Source of the DNA: Clostridia bacterium
GTDB taxonomy: Bacteria; Bacillota; Clostridia; Christensenellales; CAG-138
DNA length: 64,000 nucleotides
NCBI GenBank assembly: GCA_036652795.1
Contig: JAVVVD010000003.1
Span: forward strand, 42,864 to 106,863
Reading direction: 5' to 3'
Positions 46,551 to 56,104 of the stretch are shown here, piece after piece. Every line of letters starts with the position of its first letter. The first letter of the stretch is position 1. The position numbers and the translations under genes were made by a program. The notes beneath the pieces are model-generated. The model saw only the letters and a program-made list of their open reading frames with translations. It was not told the origin of the DNA and ran no database searches.

Positions 46551-46578
46551 AATTTTGCACCTGCTTGACAAACCTAAA

Positions 46579-46977
46579 TCACACGTTCACTACGCGCAGT
46601 GGATCCACCATAACATACTGTCCATCGATATAGTACTCCACATATTCACATACGACCTTTGCACCGATAATATCAGCATAGATGAATACCGGCGTTATTA
46701 CAAGCTTAATCTTGAATTGCATCCACGCTATATCATTCCATGGCGTAGCTTGCGCATTCTTTACCAGTGCCTCAACGCGCTTGTTGGCTTGATCTACCAT
46801 ACGGATAAGTGTCTTCATCTCGATGCTGCCAGCATGACCTTTGTTGCCGGTCATCATCTCGATGTTGCTGTTGTAGTTTGCATATGCACCTTCATTGCCG
46901 CGCGCCATGGCGATGCTAGAAAGTGACATAACCAAAATTACAGCAACCAACAGGGTAGTAAACAGCTTTTTTTTCAT
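46579..46977 (-). CDS. small secreted protein, unknown function
   Basis: Trimmed to MKKKLFTTLLVAVILVMSLSSIAMA-RG (signal peptide). SD GGAGGAG lies 8 nt upstream. First gene after a c-di-GMP riboswitch. Confidence 0.6.
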   Translation of the reverse strand: MKKKLFTTLLVAVILVMSLSSIAMARGNEGAYANYNSNIEMMTGNKGHAGSIEMKTLIRMVDQANKRVEALVKNAQATPWNDIAWMQFKIKLVITPVFIYADIIGAKVVCEYVEYYIDGQYVMVDPLRVVNV

Positions 46978-47132
46978 TTCGAGCACTCCTCCTGCATTTG
47001 ATTTTAGTTGGGCCGGAGTTTATACACGAAGTGCCAACAAATTAAAAAACAGCCCGCCTTTTAATCTGCCAAGCTGCTGAAAATCGTACTTCCGCACCCA
47101 CAAAAAAAATCTGTGGTATCGGATTATACTTT

Positions 47133-47218
47133 GCTTTCGGCAACTGGCTGCCATAGACATTACGTCCGTAGGCCCTTTAGCTTCGCGTCACCCGTTTTCG
47201 CGGGTTTTGCCTCTTTCG
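47133..47218 (-). promoter_or_regulatory. c-di-GMP-I (GEMM-I) riboswitch aptamer
   Basis: Minus strand: AGAGGCAAAACCCGCGAAAACGGGTGACGCGAAGCTAAAGGGCCTACGGACGTAATGTCTATGGCAGCCAGTTGCCGAAAGC. It is collinear with the copy at 44659-44746 and with the GCAAA..GAAA..GACGCAAAGC..GGCC..GCC consensus. Confidence 0.8.
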
Positions 47219-47243
47219 TGGGGATAACTCCTTATCCGTCACC

Positions 47244-47272
47244 AAAATACCATAATTTGTACAAGCTGTCAA
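47244..47272 (-). promoter_or_regulatory. sigma-A-like promoter upstream of the second c-di-GMP riboswitch
   Basis: Minus strand: TTGACA, a 17-nt spacer, then TATTTT, about 25 nt before the aptamer. Confidence 0.45.
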
Positions 47273-47347
47273 TATATAATGTTACATATAACACAATATA
47301 TTATATTTTGTTACACTGCATTTTTTATCTGTATACGTTTTGCACGC

Positions 47348-48685
47348 TTATCGCCTGAATTCCACCCTTACCGATGTGCCAACGCCTACCTCGCTACTGA
47401 TGCTTATATTTGCGCCATGCACCTGTGCCGCATGTTTTGCTATTGATAGTCCAAGCCCCGTCCCGCCTGTTTCCTTGGAATGGCTTTTATCCGCGCGGTA
47501 GAAGCGCTCGAACACATGCGGTATATGCTCTGCCGATATACCAATGCCTGTGTCCGTTACCGTGAGCGTAACCGTCTCCTGTTTGCAAATCGTGCTTATC
47601 GTAACGCTGCCACCAGGCACATTGTATTTTATCGCATTATCGCACAAGTTAAAGAGCAATTCATCCAATACATGCGGTATGCCCTCTATCAGCGCAGGAT
47701 CGCCCTGCGTCAAAAGAATTACGCCGTGCTTTTGAGCCTCGTTGGCAAGGCGCGCGCATACATGTCGTGCCAGTGAATCAAGCTCCACGCTTTCCCACAC
47801 CATCGTGAGCCCATCGCCCTCATCCAGCCGCGATAGTCGCAGTATATCGTCCACAAGCAGCATAAGTCTGTTCGCTTCCTGATATATGCGGCCTGCAAAC
47901 CCCTGCATATCCTCTGGCCGTACAAGGCCATTCATCATGATCTCCGCAAAACCCGAGATCGAGGTAAGCGGTGTTTTAAGCTCATGTGAAACATTCGCGC
48001 TAAACTCTCTGCGGCTCTGTTCTGCCTGCTGCCTATCTGTTATATCTAGCATCAGTATTACCATGCCGCCCATTCCATTTTTTTTACCAACAGCGTTGGC
48101 AAGCAGCTGATAAGTGCGGCCACGCAGATCAAGTAACGACTCTGCGCCTCCGCTTTGCCTTACGCCCTCAACAACGCTTTGCAGCTCGCTTCCCCTATTT
48201 AGCATCAGTATCGACATGCCGACGCACAAGGCCGCATCAACGCGAAATATCTCCGCCGCGCGATCATTTATCGTCAATACATCCGCATTGCCATCCAGCA
48301 GTACCATACCCTCGCGCATGTTCTTTGTCACGGCGCCCCATTCCTGCTGTTTTTCAGCAAGCACGGCCATGCGCGCACGAATTTCCTGCTTCTGTCGCTC
48401 TATGCGCAGCAGCAGTGGGGAAAGCTCGTCATATGTATCATTATCCATTGGTGTGTCCAGATCAACGGCGTTTATCGGTGCTATTATCCGCTTTGCAATA
48501 GCCCTTGCCACTATAAGTAAAACCACCGCCATAGCGGCAAGCATCAGCGCTATGCATACCTGAGTACCCTCACGCGCCACCTGCGCTCCTATTGGGTCAT
48601 ACACCACTAACAGCACCAGCGCACCAGTGGCCAGCATCGTTAATAGCGCCGTTATAAATATGCTGATAAATATGCGCCTTCTCAT
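47348..48685 (-). CDS. phoR: PhoR-like sensor histidine kinase
   Basis: 445 aa. Two TM helices, a PAS-like region, H-box VSHELKTPLTSI and G2 box GGTGLGLSI. Lies in the pst/phoU operon. Confidence 0.85.
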   Translation of the reverse strand: MRRRIFISIFITALLTMLATGALVLLVVYDPIGAQVAREGTQVCIALMLAAMAVVLLIVARAIAKRIIAPINAVDLDTPMDNDTYDELSPLLLRIERQKQEIRARMAVLAEKQQEWGAVTKNMREGMVLLDGNADVLTINDRAAEIFRVDAALCVGMSILMLNRGSELQSVVEGVRQSGGAESLLDLRGRTYQLLANAVGKKNGMGGMVILMLDITDRQQAEQSRREFSANVSHELKTPLTSISGFAEIMMNGLVRPEDMQGFAGRIYQEANRLMLLVDDILRLSRLDEGDGLTMVWESVELDSLARHVCARLANEAQKHGVILLTQGDPALIEGIPHVLDELLFNLCDNAIKYNVPGGSVTISTICKQETVTLTVTDTGIGISAEHIPHVFERFYRADKSHSKETGGTGLGLSIAKHAAQVHGANISISSEVGVGTSVRVEFRR

Positions 48686-48686
48686 G

Positions 48687-49355
48687 TCAGTCCCCCAGCC
48701 GGTATCCCACTCCGCGCACAGTGTGTATCAGCTGCGCACAGCAGCCCAGCTTTCCACGCAGCGTTTGGATGTGCACATCCACAGTACGTGTGCCGCCGTC
48801 ATAATCATAATCCCACACCGTTTGCAGCAGATGCTCACGCGTAAACACTATATCGCGGTTCTGCATCAAAAAATGCAGCAGCTCAAATTCCTTATACGTA
48901 AGCAGCACATACTCGCCATCCACGCTAACTGTGTGCCGTTTCGTGTTCATACTAAGCTTGCCGCAGCTAAGGTTATCGTCAGTCTGTACCGTTACGGTGC
49001 GCCTTAGCATTGCGCGCACCCGCGCCACAAGCTCCATCATGCCGAATGGCTTGGTTATATAATCATCCGCTCCTGCGTCCAGCCCAGTCACTTTATCGTA
49101 TTCGCTCCCCTTTGCCGTAACCATTATTATTGGCAGCCCCGCTGTTTTGGGGTCGCTTCTGAGCCGTTTGAGTATGCACATCCCATCCTCGCCCGGCAGC
49201 ATTATATCCAGCAGTATTAGCTCCGGCATACATTCGCCACATGCGCACAAAAACGCCGCACCCTCGGCAAAGCCCATCGCGGGCAGTCCGGTCTGGTTCA
49301 GCGTATACACGACCAGGTCGCGTATATTGTTATCATCTTCTACATAATAGATCAA
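48687..49355 (-). CDS. phoP: PhoP/PhoB-type response regulator
   Basis: 222 aa, OmpR family (LLDIMLPGEDG; GVGYRLG). Adjacent to phoR and phoU. Confidence 0.9.
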   Translation of the reverse strand: MIYYVEDDNNIRDLVVYTLNQTGLPAMGFAEGAAFLCACGECMPELILLDIMLPGEDGMCILKRLRSDPKTAGLPIIMVTAKGSEYDKVTGLDAGADDYITKPFGMMELVARVRAMLRRTVTVQTDDNLSCGKLSMNTKRHTVSVDGEYVLLTYKEFELLHFLMQNRDIVFTREHLLQTVWDYDYDGGTRTVDVHIQTLRGKLGCCAQLIHTVRGVGYRLGD

Positions 49356-49379
49356 TATGACCTCCCATGGCGCATAACG

Positions 49380-50033
49380 CTATGCATCAAGTGCCTTGTG
49401 CTTACCGGTTATAGAGTATTCTACCCATTCGGCTATATTCTGCGCATGGTCGCCTATGCGCTCGAAATACTTTGCTATCATAAGCAGGTCAATAGCCTGT
49501 TCCCCATTGTTTTCGTTTTTGCCTATAAGCGCTATCAGTTCCATCTTTATCACATCAAACAGGTCGTCTATTATATCATCCATAGCTATTACCTTGCGTG
49601 CAAGCTCAACATCCTGCGCGACAAATGCGTCTATGCTGCTGCTCACCATCAGTATTGCCGCATCCGCCATCTGTGGCAGATGTTCAAGCGTTTTTATATA
49701 TGGCGTGCCCGCAAGATATATCACTATCCCCGCTATATCGGCCGCCTGATCCCCTATGCGCTCCATATCCGTTATCATTTTGAGCGCCGCAGATATCTGC
49801 CGCAGATCCCGTGCCACAGGCTGTTGTTGCAGCAGCAGCTTAAGGCACAGCGTTTCAATATCCCGCTCCTTCTGATCCACCTTTTGATCAAACTCTATTG
49901 CCCTGTTAGCCGCCTCAACATCCTGCTGTATCAGCGCATCTGATGTGCTTTGTATCGCGTGCTCTATCAGCGCACCCATCTCCGTAAGCTCGATTTTGAG
50001 CAGGCGAAGCTGTTCATCGAATTTGCTTCTCAT
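49380..50033 (-). CDS. phoU: phosphate signalling complex protein PhoU
   Basis: 217 aa with duplicated PhoU repeats ([11 protein letters not shown] / [11 protein letters not shown]). Confidence 0.9.
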   Translation of the reverse strand: MRSKFDEQLRLLKIELTEMGALIEHAIQSTSDALIQQDVEAANRAIEFDQKVDQKERDIETLCLKLLLQQQPVARDLRQISAALKMITDMERIGDQAADIAGIVIYLAGTPYIKTLEHLPQMADAAILMVSSSIDAFVAQDVELARKVIAMDDIIDDLFDVIKMELIALIGKNENNGEQAIDLLMIAKYFERIGDHAQNIAEWVEYSITGKHKALDA

Positions 50034-50779
50034 CCGAACCTCCCTGTTATATAATCCTCCGTGCGCTTGTCCTGCGGTACATCAAACAGCCTTTCGGTTT
50101 CACCGAACTCCACTATCTCTCCCAGCAGAAAAAATGCCGTCCTATCGGATATCCTTACAGCCTGCTGCATATTGTGCGTCACAATAATTATAGTGTATTT
50201 TTGCTTCAATGTCACTGCAAGCTCTTCTATTTTCAGCGTGGATATTGGGTCAAGTGCACTCGTGGGTTCATCCATAAGCAGCACCTCCGGCTCTACCGCC
50301 AACGCGCGGGCAATGCATAGCCTTTGCTGCTGTCCGCCGGACAAGCCCAGCGCATCCTTTTTAAGCCTATCCTTCAATTCATCCCATATCGACGCATCTC
50401 TAAGCGAGCGCTCCACCACATCGTCCAATCTGGCCTTGTTCATAAGTCCATGTGTGCGCGGTCCAAACGCAACGTTGTCATATATGCTCATAGGAAACGG
50501 GTTCGGCTTTTGAAACACCATTCCCACCCGTTTGCGCAGCAACGCTGTATCCATTCCGCCGTATATATCCTCTCCATCCAGCAGTACTCTTCCGCTTATG
50601 CGGCAGCCCTCCACCAGATCGTTCATTCGGTTGAGCGTTTTAAGCAGTGTGCTCTTACCACAGCCCGAAGGGCCTATGAACGCTGTTATCTCGTTTGCCG
50701 CAATATTCAGCGACACGCCCTTTAGCGCTTCAAGCTCACCATAAAGCAGCTTAAGATCCTTTATTTCAAACTTATGCAT
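50030..50779 (-). CDS. pstB: phosphate ABC transporter ATP-binding protein
   Basis: Trimmed to [11 protein letters not shown] (SD GGGGAGG). Walker [10 protein letters not shown] and signature LSGGQQQRL. Confidence 0.95.
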   Translation of the reverse strand: MHKFEIKDLKLLYGELEALKGVSLNIAANEITAFIGPSGCGKSTLLKTLNRMNDLVEGCRISGRVLLDGEDIYGGMDTALLRKRVGMVFQKPNPFPMSIYDNVAFGPRTHGLMNKARLDDVVERSLRDASIWDELKDRLKKDALGLSGGQQQRLCIARALAVEPEVLLMDEPTSALDPISTLKIEELAVTLKQKYTIIIVTHNMQQAVRISDRTAFFLLGEIVEFGETERLFDVPQDKRTEDYITGRFG

Positions 50780-51605
50780 TATACCTCCCCGCAATCCTTC
50801 GCGCCGCCGCAGCGGATAGCGCGTTTATTGCAACCACTATCACCAGCAAAACCACAGCCGTGGCATATGCCTGATCAACATACAATCCCTCACTCGCCAG
50901 CGCATACATATGCACAGACAGCGTACGCGTTGAATCCAATATGTTTTGCGGTACCTCCGCCACCGTACCTGCCGTGTAGATAAGCGCGGCGGTCTCGCCA
51001 ACGATACGCCCTATGCCAAGTATCACGCCAGTCAGTATTCCCGGTACGGCAGATGGCAGCACCACCTTAAACACCGTGCGCAACCTGCCTGCACCCAGGC
51101 CAAAGCTTCCCTCACGGTATGCATCCGGCACTGCGATAAGCGCTTCTTCCGTGGTACGCATTATAAGCGGCAATATCATTATTGTTAGAGTAAGCGCACC
51201 ACTTAGCAGCGAAAGGCCCAAATTGAGCGTGTTAACAAAAAACAGCATTCCAAACAGCCCATATATGATAGACGGTATGCCAGATAGCGTTTCCGCCGTC
51301 ATGCGCACAAGCTTTACCAGCTTGCTGCCGCGCCGCGCATATTCCACAAGATATATCGCCGCGAACACACCCAACGGCACCGCTAGCAACAGCGAAAGTG
51401 CCGTCATCAGTACTGTGTTAATCAGCGCCGGCATCAGCGATACATTGAGCGAATTGTAATTCCATTCAAACAAACTTAGCGACAGCCTTGGTACCCCCTT
51501 GTATATGATATAGCCTACAATCAGCAGCAGCACGGCAGCTGTAATTGCAGCCGCTCCATACACCAGTATGCGCAGCAGTGCAGCGGCATTTTTTGTGTGT
51601 CTCAT
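50772..51605 (-). CDS. pstA: phosphate ABC transporter permease PstA
   Basis: 277 aa and polytopic. EAA-loop context [21 protein letters not shown]. Gene order fits. Confidence 0.9.
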   Translation of the reverse strand: MRHTKNAAALLRILVYGAAAITAAVLLLIVGYIIYKGVPRLSLSLFEWNYNSLNVSLMPALINTVLMTALSLLLAVPLGVFAAIYLVEYARRGSKLVKLVRMTAETLSGIPSIIYGLFGMLFFVNTLNLGLSLLSGALTLTIMILPLIMRTTEEALIAVPDAYREGSFGLGAGRLRTVFKVVLPSAVPGILTGVILGIGRIVGETAALIYTAGTVAEVPQNILDSTRTLSVHMYALASEGLYVDQAYATAVVLLVIVVAINALSAAAARRIAGRYNA

Positions 51606-52438
51606 ACCTTTGCCCTCCTTTTTATTACGGCAAACAATATGTTGATCGCCAGTATAAACACAAACAATACTACGGCAGTGGCTATAAGCGCCTCACGGTG
51701 CAGGTCGGCTGAATAGCCCATCTCCATTACTATATTCGCAGTAAGCGTGCGAACACCCTTCAACAGCCCCTGTGGCATACGTGGTTGATTCCCCGCCACC
51801 ATCATCACAGCCATAGCTTCGCCTATCGCGCGGCCTATACCAAGTATCACGCTTGCCGTAACACCCGAACCCGCCGCGGGCAGCAGCACTTTGAACACGG
51901 CACGCTCATGTGTGGCGCCCAGCGCAAGCGCACCCTCATAATAGCTCTGAGGTACTGCATTTAGCGCCGATTCACTTACGGTTATCACCGTTGGCAATAT
52001 CATTATGCCAAGCAATATGCAGGCAGCGAGCATACTTCCCCTTGCACCCAGCAGCGGCACAATCACAATCATACCGAAAAAGCCGTATACCACCGATGGT
52101 ATCCCGGCAAGCAGCCTCACTGCCGGCTTTAACAGCCTTGCTGCCGTTGATCCCGCAAAGCGGGAAAGATATATGGCGGTAAGCACACCGATTGGCACGC
52201 CTATTACTAGTGCGCCGCCCGTCACATAAACGCTGCCCAGTACCATAGGCAGTATGCCGTATATGTCATTGCCCGGCCTCCATGTTTTGCCAAGCAGAAA
52301 ATCTAGGACGCCAATCTTTGCCATCGCCGGCAGCCCGTTTACAAACAGGAAAACGCATATCAGCGCCACAGCCAATATGCATATACATGCGGCCGCCGTA
52401 AATACAGCTTTGGCCGCCCTTTCCTTAAAGTTTCTCAT
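51602..52438 (-). CDS. pstC: phosphate ABC transporter permease PstC
   Basis: 278 aa and polytopic. YEGALALGATHERAVFKVLLP. Gene order fits. Confidence 0.9.
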   Translation of the reverse strand: MRNFKERAAKAVFTAAACICILAVALICVFLFVNGLPAMAKIGVLDFLLGKTWRPGNDIYGILPMVLGSVYVTGGALVIGVPIGVLTAIYLSRFAGSTAARLLKPAVRLLAGIPSVVYGFFGMIVIVPLLGARGSMLAACILLGIMILPTVITVSESALNAVPQSYYEGALALGATHERAVFKVLLPAAGSGVTASVILGIGRAIGEAMAVMMVAGNQPRMPQGLLKGVRTLTANIVMEMGYSADLHREALIATAVVLFVFILAINILFAVIKRRAKV

Positions 52439-52478
52439 ATGCCTTCCCCTTCAGCTAAGGAATAGATATTCAGGCCGT

Positions 52479-53336
52479 TCAAGCTATGTCGCTCCATACG
52501 CTCATTTCTCCGGTGAATATTGCCCTTACCTGTTCGCTGGTAAGTGTAGTAACGCTCGAATCGTTGCTGACTATCACCGCTATGCCATCCATAGCAATCA
52601 CCGTAGGCGTAATCCCTGCCGAAAGCTCGCTCTCCTTCAATTCCCTTGACGCCATACCTATGTCACATGCACCCTCAATTACAAGGTTCATACCGGTGGA
52701 TGAATCGCTCTGCTGAATCTCTATCTGCGCATTGGGATTAATTGCGATATATGCTTCCTTCAGTTTTTCCATTATCGGTGTTACAGAAGATGAGCCTGCT
52801 ATCACAACCTTGCCTGAAACCGTGCTGCCTGCAAAAGGCGCACCAGGTTGCACTGCGATATACCCATTTGCCTCTATTACCGTCTGACCCTCTGCGCTCA
52901 TTATGAAATCCACAAACGCCTGCACCGCCTCTGACGCTGTGGCACCCATAGCTATATTAAACGGACGGGCTATAGCATATTCACCCGATTTGATATTATC
53001 CACATTTGGCTGCGCACCATCGATGTCAATCGCCTTAACGGTATCATTAAGCGACCCAAGCGATATATATCCTATGGCGTTCTCGTTTCCGGCCACCGAC
53101 GTCATCATTACCGATGTGCTGTTTGTTACATCCGCGTCCAGTGTGGTATGGTCCACATTGTTGCCGCTCTCATCCTTTTGCGCTATACCAAACAGCTCTA
53201 TGAACGCTCCGCGCGTGCCGCTTCCCTCCTCGCGTGAAATCACCACTATTTCATCGTTACCAGCATTGCTGCTGCAACCTGCCACACACATCGCACCCAT
53301 CACCAAAGCTGTCATTATCAATAATACTTTCTTCAT
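52479..53336 (-). CDS. pstS: phosphate-binding lipoprotein PstS (PBP-like_2)
   Basis: Lipobox CVAGCSS. SREEGSGTRGAF motif. Confidence 0.9.
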   Translation of the reverse strand: MKKVLLIMTALVMGAMCVAGCSSNAGNDEIVVISREEGSGTRGAFIELFGIAQKDESGNNVDHTTLDADVTNSTSVMMTSVAGNENAIGYISLGSLNDTVKAIDIDGAQPNVDNIKSGEYAIARPFNIAMGATASEAVQAFVDFIMSAEGQTVIEANGYIAVQPGAPFAGSTVSGKVVIAGSSSVTPIMEKLKEAYIAINPNAQIEIQQSDSSTGMNLVIEGACDIGMASRELKESELSAGITPTVIAMDGIAVIVSNDSSVTTLTSEQVRAIFTGEMSVWSDIA

Positions 53337-53425
53337 TTTTCTCCTCCTCTAATTATCTTAATGATCTTATGATAACCACCGTCTGTTTGAAACAAATACA
53401 CAAAACATCAAATGTTTGTAAAATC

Positions 53426-53458
53426 GCAACGCCCCCTGCCTGAGGCAGGGGGCGTTGC
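53426..53458 (-). terminator. intrinsic terminator after ftsH
   Basis: GCAACGCCCCCTGCC-TGA-GGCAGGGGGCGTTGC, followed on the minus strand by GATTTT. Confidence 0.7.
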
Positions 53459-53483
53459 ATATTAAATGAGATATCTTTAAGTT

Positions 53484-55313
53484 CTATTTAGCATTGCCGA
53501 GCATCTGCATAAATTCATCGCCCGTAATGGTTTCTTTTTCAAGCAGATAGTGGGACAGGCTGTGCAGCGCATCCATATCTGCCTTTAATATCTGCACGGC
53601 TACCGAATGTGCTTCCTTGACTATATTGACGACCTCCTGATCTATCTTCGTGGCTGTCTCCGCAGAGCAAGCCAGAGACGCATCCCCGCCAAGGTATTGG
53701 TTGCTCACAGTTTCCAGTGCAACCATGCCAAACTGTTCACTCATGCCATAGCGCGTCACCATAGCGCGGGCTATTCGCGTTGCCTGTTCGATATCATTGC
53801 TTGCGCCTGTTGTTATTGATCCGAACACAAGCTCCTCTGCTGTACGCCCTCCCGTAAGGGTGGATATTTTATTTTTTGCCTCCTGTTTACTCATAAGCTG
53901 CCGCTCGCCTTCGTCCAGCTGCATTGTATAGCCCAGTGCTCCTGAGGTGCGCGGCACGATTGTGATCTTATGCACCGGAGCCGATTCGCTCTGTCGCGCC
54001 GCAACGATAGCATGGCCAATCTCATGATAAGCCACGATCTCCTTTTCTTTTGGCGATATCACCGCACCTTTGCGTTGATAACCTGCAATAACCACCTCAA
54101 CGCACTCCTCAAGGTCGCTCTGGGTAACGATATTTCTACCCATGCGCACAGCTCTTAGTGCCGCCTCGTTCACGATGTTGGCAAGATCTGCGCCTGAAGC
54201 GCCGCTAGTCGCGCGAGCCACCGCGTTATAATCCACACTTTTGTCCATTTTAACATCAACAGAATGAACCTTAAGTATATCCTCGCGCCCTTTCAGATCG
54301 GGCAGTTCCACTGGAATTCGCCTGTCAAAACGGCCGGGGCGCAGCAGCGCCTTATCCAGCGTTTCTGGGCGGTTGGTGGCGGCAAGTATCACCACCCCAT
54401 TTTTACCATCGAAGCCATCCATCTCCGTAAGCAACTGGTTTAGCGTCTGCTCGCGCTCGTCGTTGCCACCCATGCCTCCGTTGTCGCGTTTTTTACCTAT
54501 TGTATCTATTTCGTCTATAAACACGATGCAGGGCGCCTTTTCACTGGCCTGTTTGAACAGATCTCGCACCTTGGCCGCGCCCATGCCAACGAACATTTCA
54601 ACAAATTCCGAACCTGATATTGAAAAGAAAGGTACCTGCGCTTCCCCCGCAACCGCCCTTGCAAGCAGCGTTTTGCCTGTGCCCGGTGGGCCCACAAGCA
54701 ATGCTCCCTTTGGCAGCTTCGCACCAATGGAAGCATACTTTGACGGGTTGTGCAGAAAATCTACAATTTCAAGCAATGCCTCCTTGGCCTCATCCTGCCC
54801 CGCCACATCTTTAAATGTTTTTCCGGTTTGAGCCTCAACATATATCTTTGCATTGGACTTGCCGAACGTCATTGCGTTAGCGCCGCCCATGCTACCTTGC
54901 ATCTTACGCACAAGCATACGCCCCAACGCAGCAAACAGCAGCACCGGCAATATCCATGTGAGCACAAATGAAAGCAGCGGCGAGGCCTGGGTAGGTATCT
55001 GTTCGGTAAATTTCACCCCTGAGGCATGCAATCTGTCCACAAGGCTATCATCCGGCCATATTCCAGTTTCATACATGCGTTCTTTGCCGTCTTCATCCTT
55101 TGATATAAAGCTTATTAGCCCTTCGGTTTCACTGCGCCCAACCTGAGTTACTGTGCCTGCATCCAGCATGTCAATAAATTCATCATAGCCCACCTCATGC
55201 ACCTGCGCCTCCATTATGGATGGAAACACGATGGCATTTAGCAGCAATATTACAAGGCCGGCCACGATACAATAATAGATCAGCGGCTTCTTGGACGGTT
55301 TTTGTTCTTTCAT
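53484..55313 (-). CDS. ftsH: ATP-dependent zinc metalloprotease FtsH
   Basis: AAA+ Walker [15 protein letters not shown] region, and HEIGHAI zinc motif. ATG 55313 is preferred (9 nt from GGAGGA). Confidence 0.95.
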   Translation of the reverse strand: MKEQKPSKKPLIYYCIVAGLVILLLNAIVFPSIMEAQVHEVGYDEFIDMLDAGTVTQVGRSETEGLISFISKDEDGKERMYETGIWPDDSLVDRLHASGVKFTEQIPTQASPLLSFVLTWILPVLLFAALGRMLVRKMQGSMGGANAMTFGKSNAKIYVEAQTGKTFKDVAGQDEAKEALLEIVDFLHNPSKYASIGAKLPKGALLVGPPGTGKTLLARAVAGEAQVPFFSISGSEFVEMFVGMGAAKVRDLFKQASEKAPCIVFIDEIDTIGKKRDNGGMGGNDEREQTLNQLLTEMDGFDGKNGVVILAATNRPETLDKALLRPGRFDRRIPVELPDLKGREDILKVHSVDVKMDKSVDYNAVARATSGASGADLANIVNEAALRAVRMGRNIVTQSDLEECVEVVIAGYQRKGAVISPKEKEIVAYHEIGHAIVAARQSESAPVHKITIVPRTSGALGYTMQLDEGERQLMSKQEAKNKISTLTGGRTAEELVFGSITTGASNDIEQATRIARAMVTRYGMSEQFGMVALETVSNQYLGGDASLACSAETATKIDQEVVNIVKEAHSVAVQILKADMDALHSLSHYLLEKETITGDEFMQMLGNAK

Positions 55314-55580
55314 CAACACATATCCTCCTATGCGTATATCATTTTATATTTACATTATATCGTCAAAAATTATCAAAGCAAGCAGAGATGCGCTCGCGAA
55401 GGTGTTTTGCACGGATATTGCGTTAATCTGGCAGATTCAATTTTTACGGCTGCCTAAAATTACTTTTAGGCAGCCTTGCTTTAGGTGAGCTGTACGGTAT
55501 TACAAGCATATTGAGGTGGCAGGCAGAATTTTCGTGTGTTTCTTAAGTGCGTTTGCGCTACCTTTTTTTGCAAACGCATC

Positions 55581-56027
55581 TTAGTCATCCTGCAATATCT
55601 TATCCAACAGTTCGCATGCCAGCGCTATACAGCTTGGGCATACGCGTTTGCGCGCACCGCTGTTCATAGCGTTTGCGCTGCCCTCCGGCGTAGCGATATC
55701 GTGGCCTAGCAGCGCGCTGCAATCCACATAGCCCAACTCCTGTTTAAAGCCCGCAAGCAGCTTGTTGCACAGCATATTGGTACGTGCCTTAGCTTGCTTT
55801 GCATCCTGCCCTTGTGTTCTTCCGGCATAAAGCCCCAGCACCGCTACAGCGCCGGAGAGCGCGCCGCACAGCATACCATTGCCGGCAACTCCGCCGCCAA
55901 AGCCCTCGCAAAGTCGAAGCGCCGTGGGTTCATCAAGGCCGAAATCCTCACAGTATGCTATAAGCACCGATTGCGCACAGTTGCAGCCCGCCGCCGATGA
56001 GGCAAGCGCCATATCTTTACGATTCAT
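55581..56027 (-). CDS. C_GCAxxG_C_C family redox-active protein
   Basis: 148 aa with the GCNCAQSV motif and a C-terminal CPSC. Confidence 0.8.
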   Translation of the reverse strand: MNRKDMALASSAAGCNCAQSVLIAYCEDFGLDEPTALRLCEGFGGGVAGNGMLCGALSGAVAVLGLYAGRTQGQDAKQAKARTNMLCNKLLAGFKQELGYVDCSALLGHDIATPEGSANAMNSGARKRVCPSCIALACELLDKILQDD

Positions 56028-56104
56028 ATCATTTGCCTTTCATTATTTACTTTCATATGCCTATGATAACATCTGGCGCACATCCATTACAACCTATAAG
56101 CGCT

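Noticed and set aside
53381-53425. Possible PhoP/Pho boxes (TTTACA-like hexamers) upstream of pstS
   Set aside because: Several TTxACA-like hexamers are present, but the spacing and orientation are not convincing by eye. They are not reported as a feature.
55447-55475. Hairpin GGCTGCCTAAAA-TTAC-TTTTAGGCAGCC between the C_GCAxxG gene and ftsH as a terminator
   Set aside because: The stem is good, but there is no clear U-tract on the minus strand, where both neighbouring genes lie. Its function is uncertain, so it was left uncalled.
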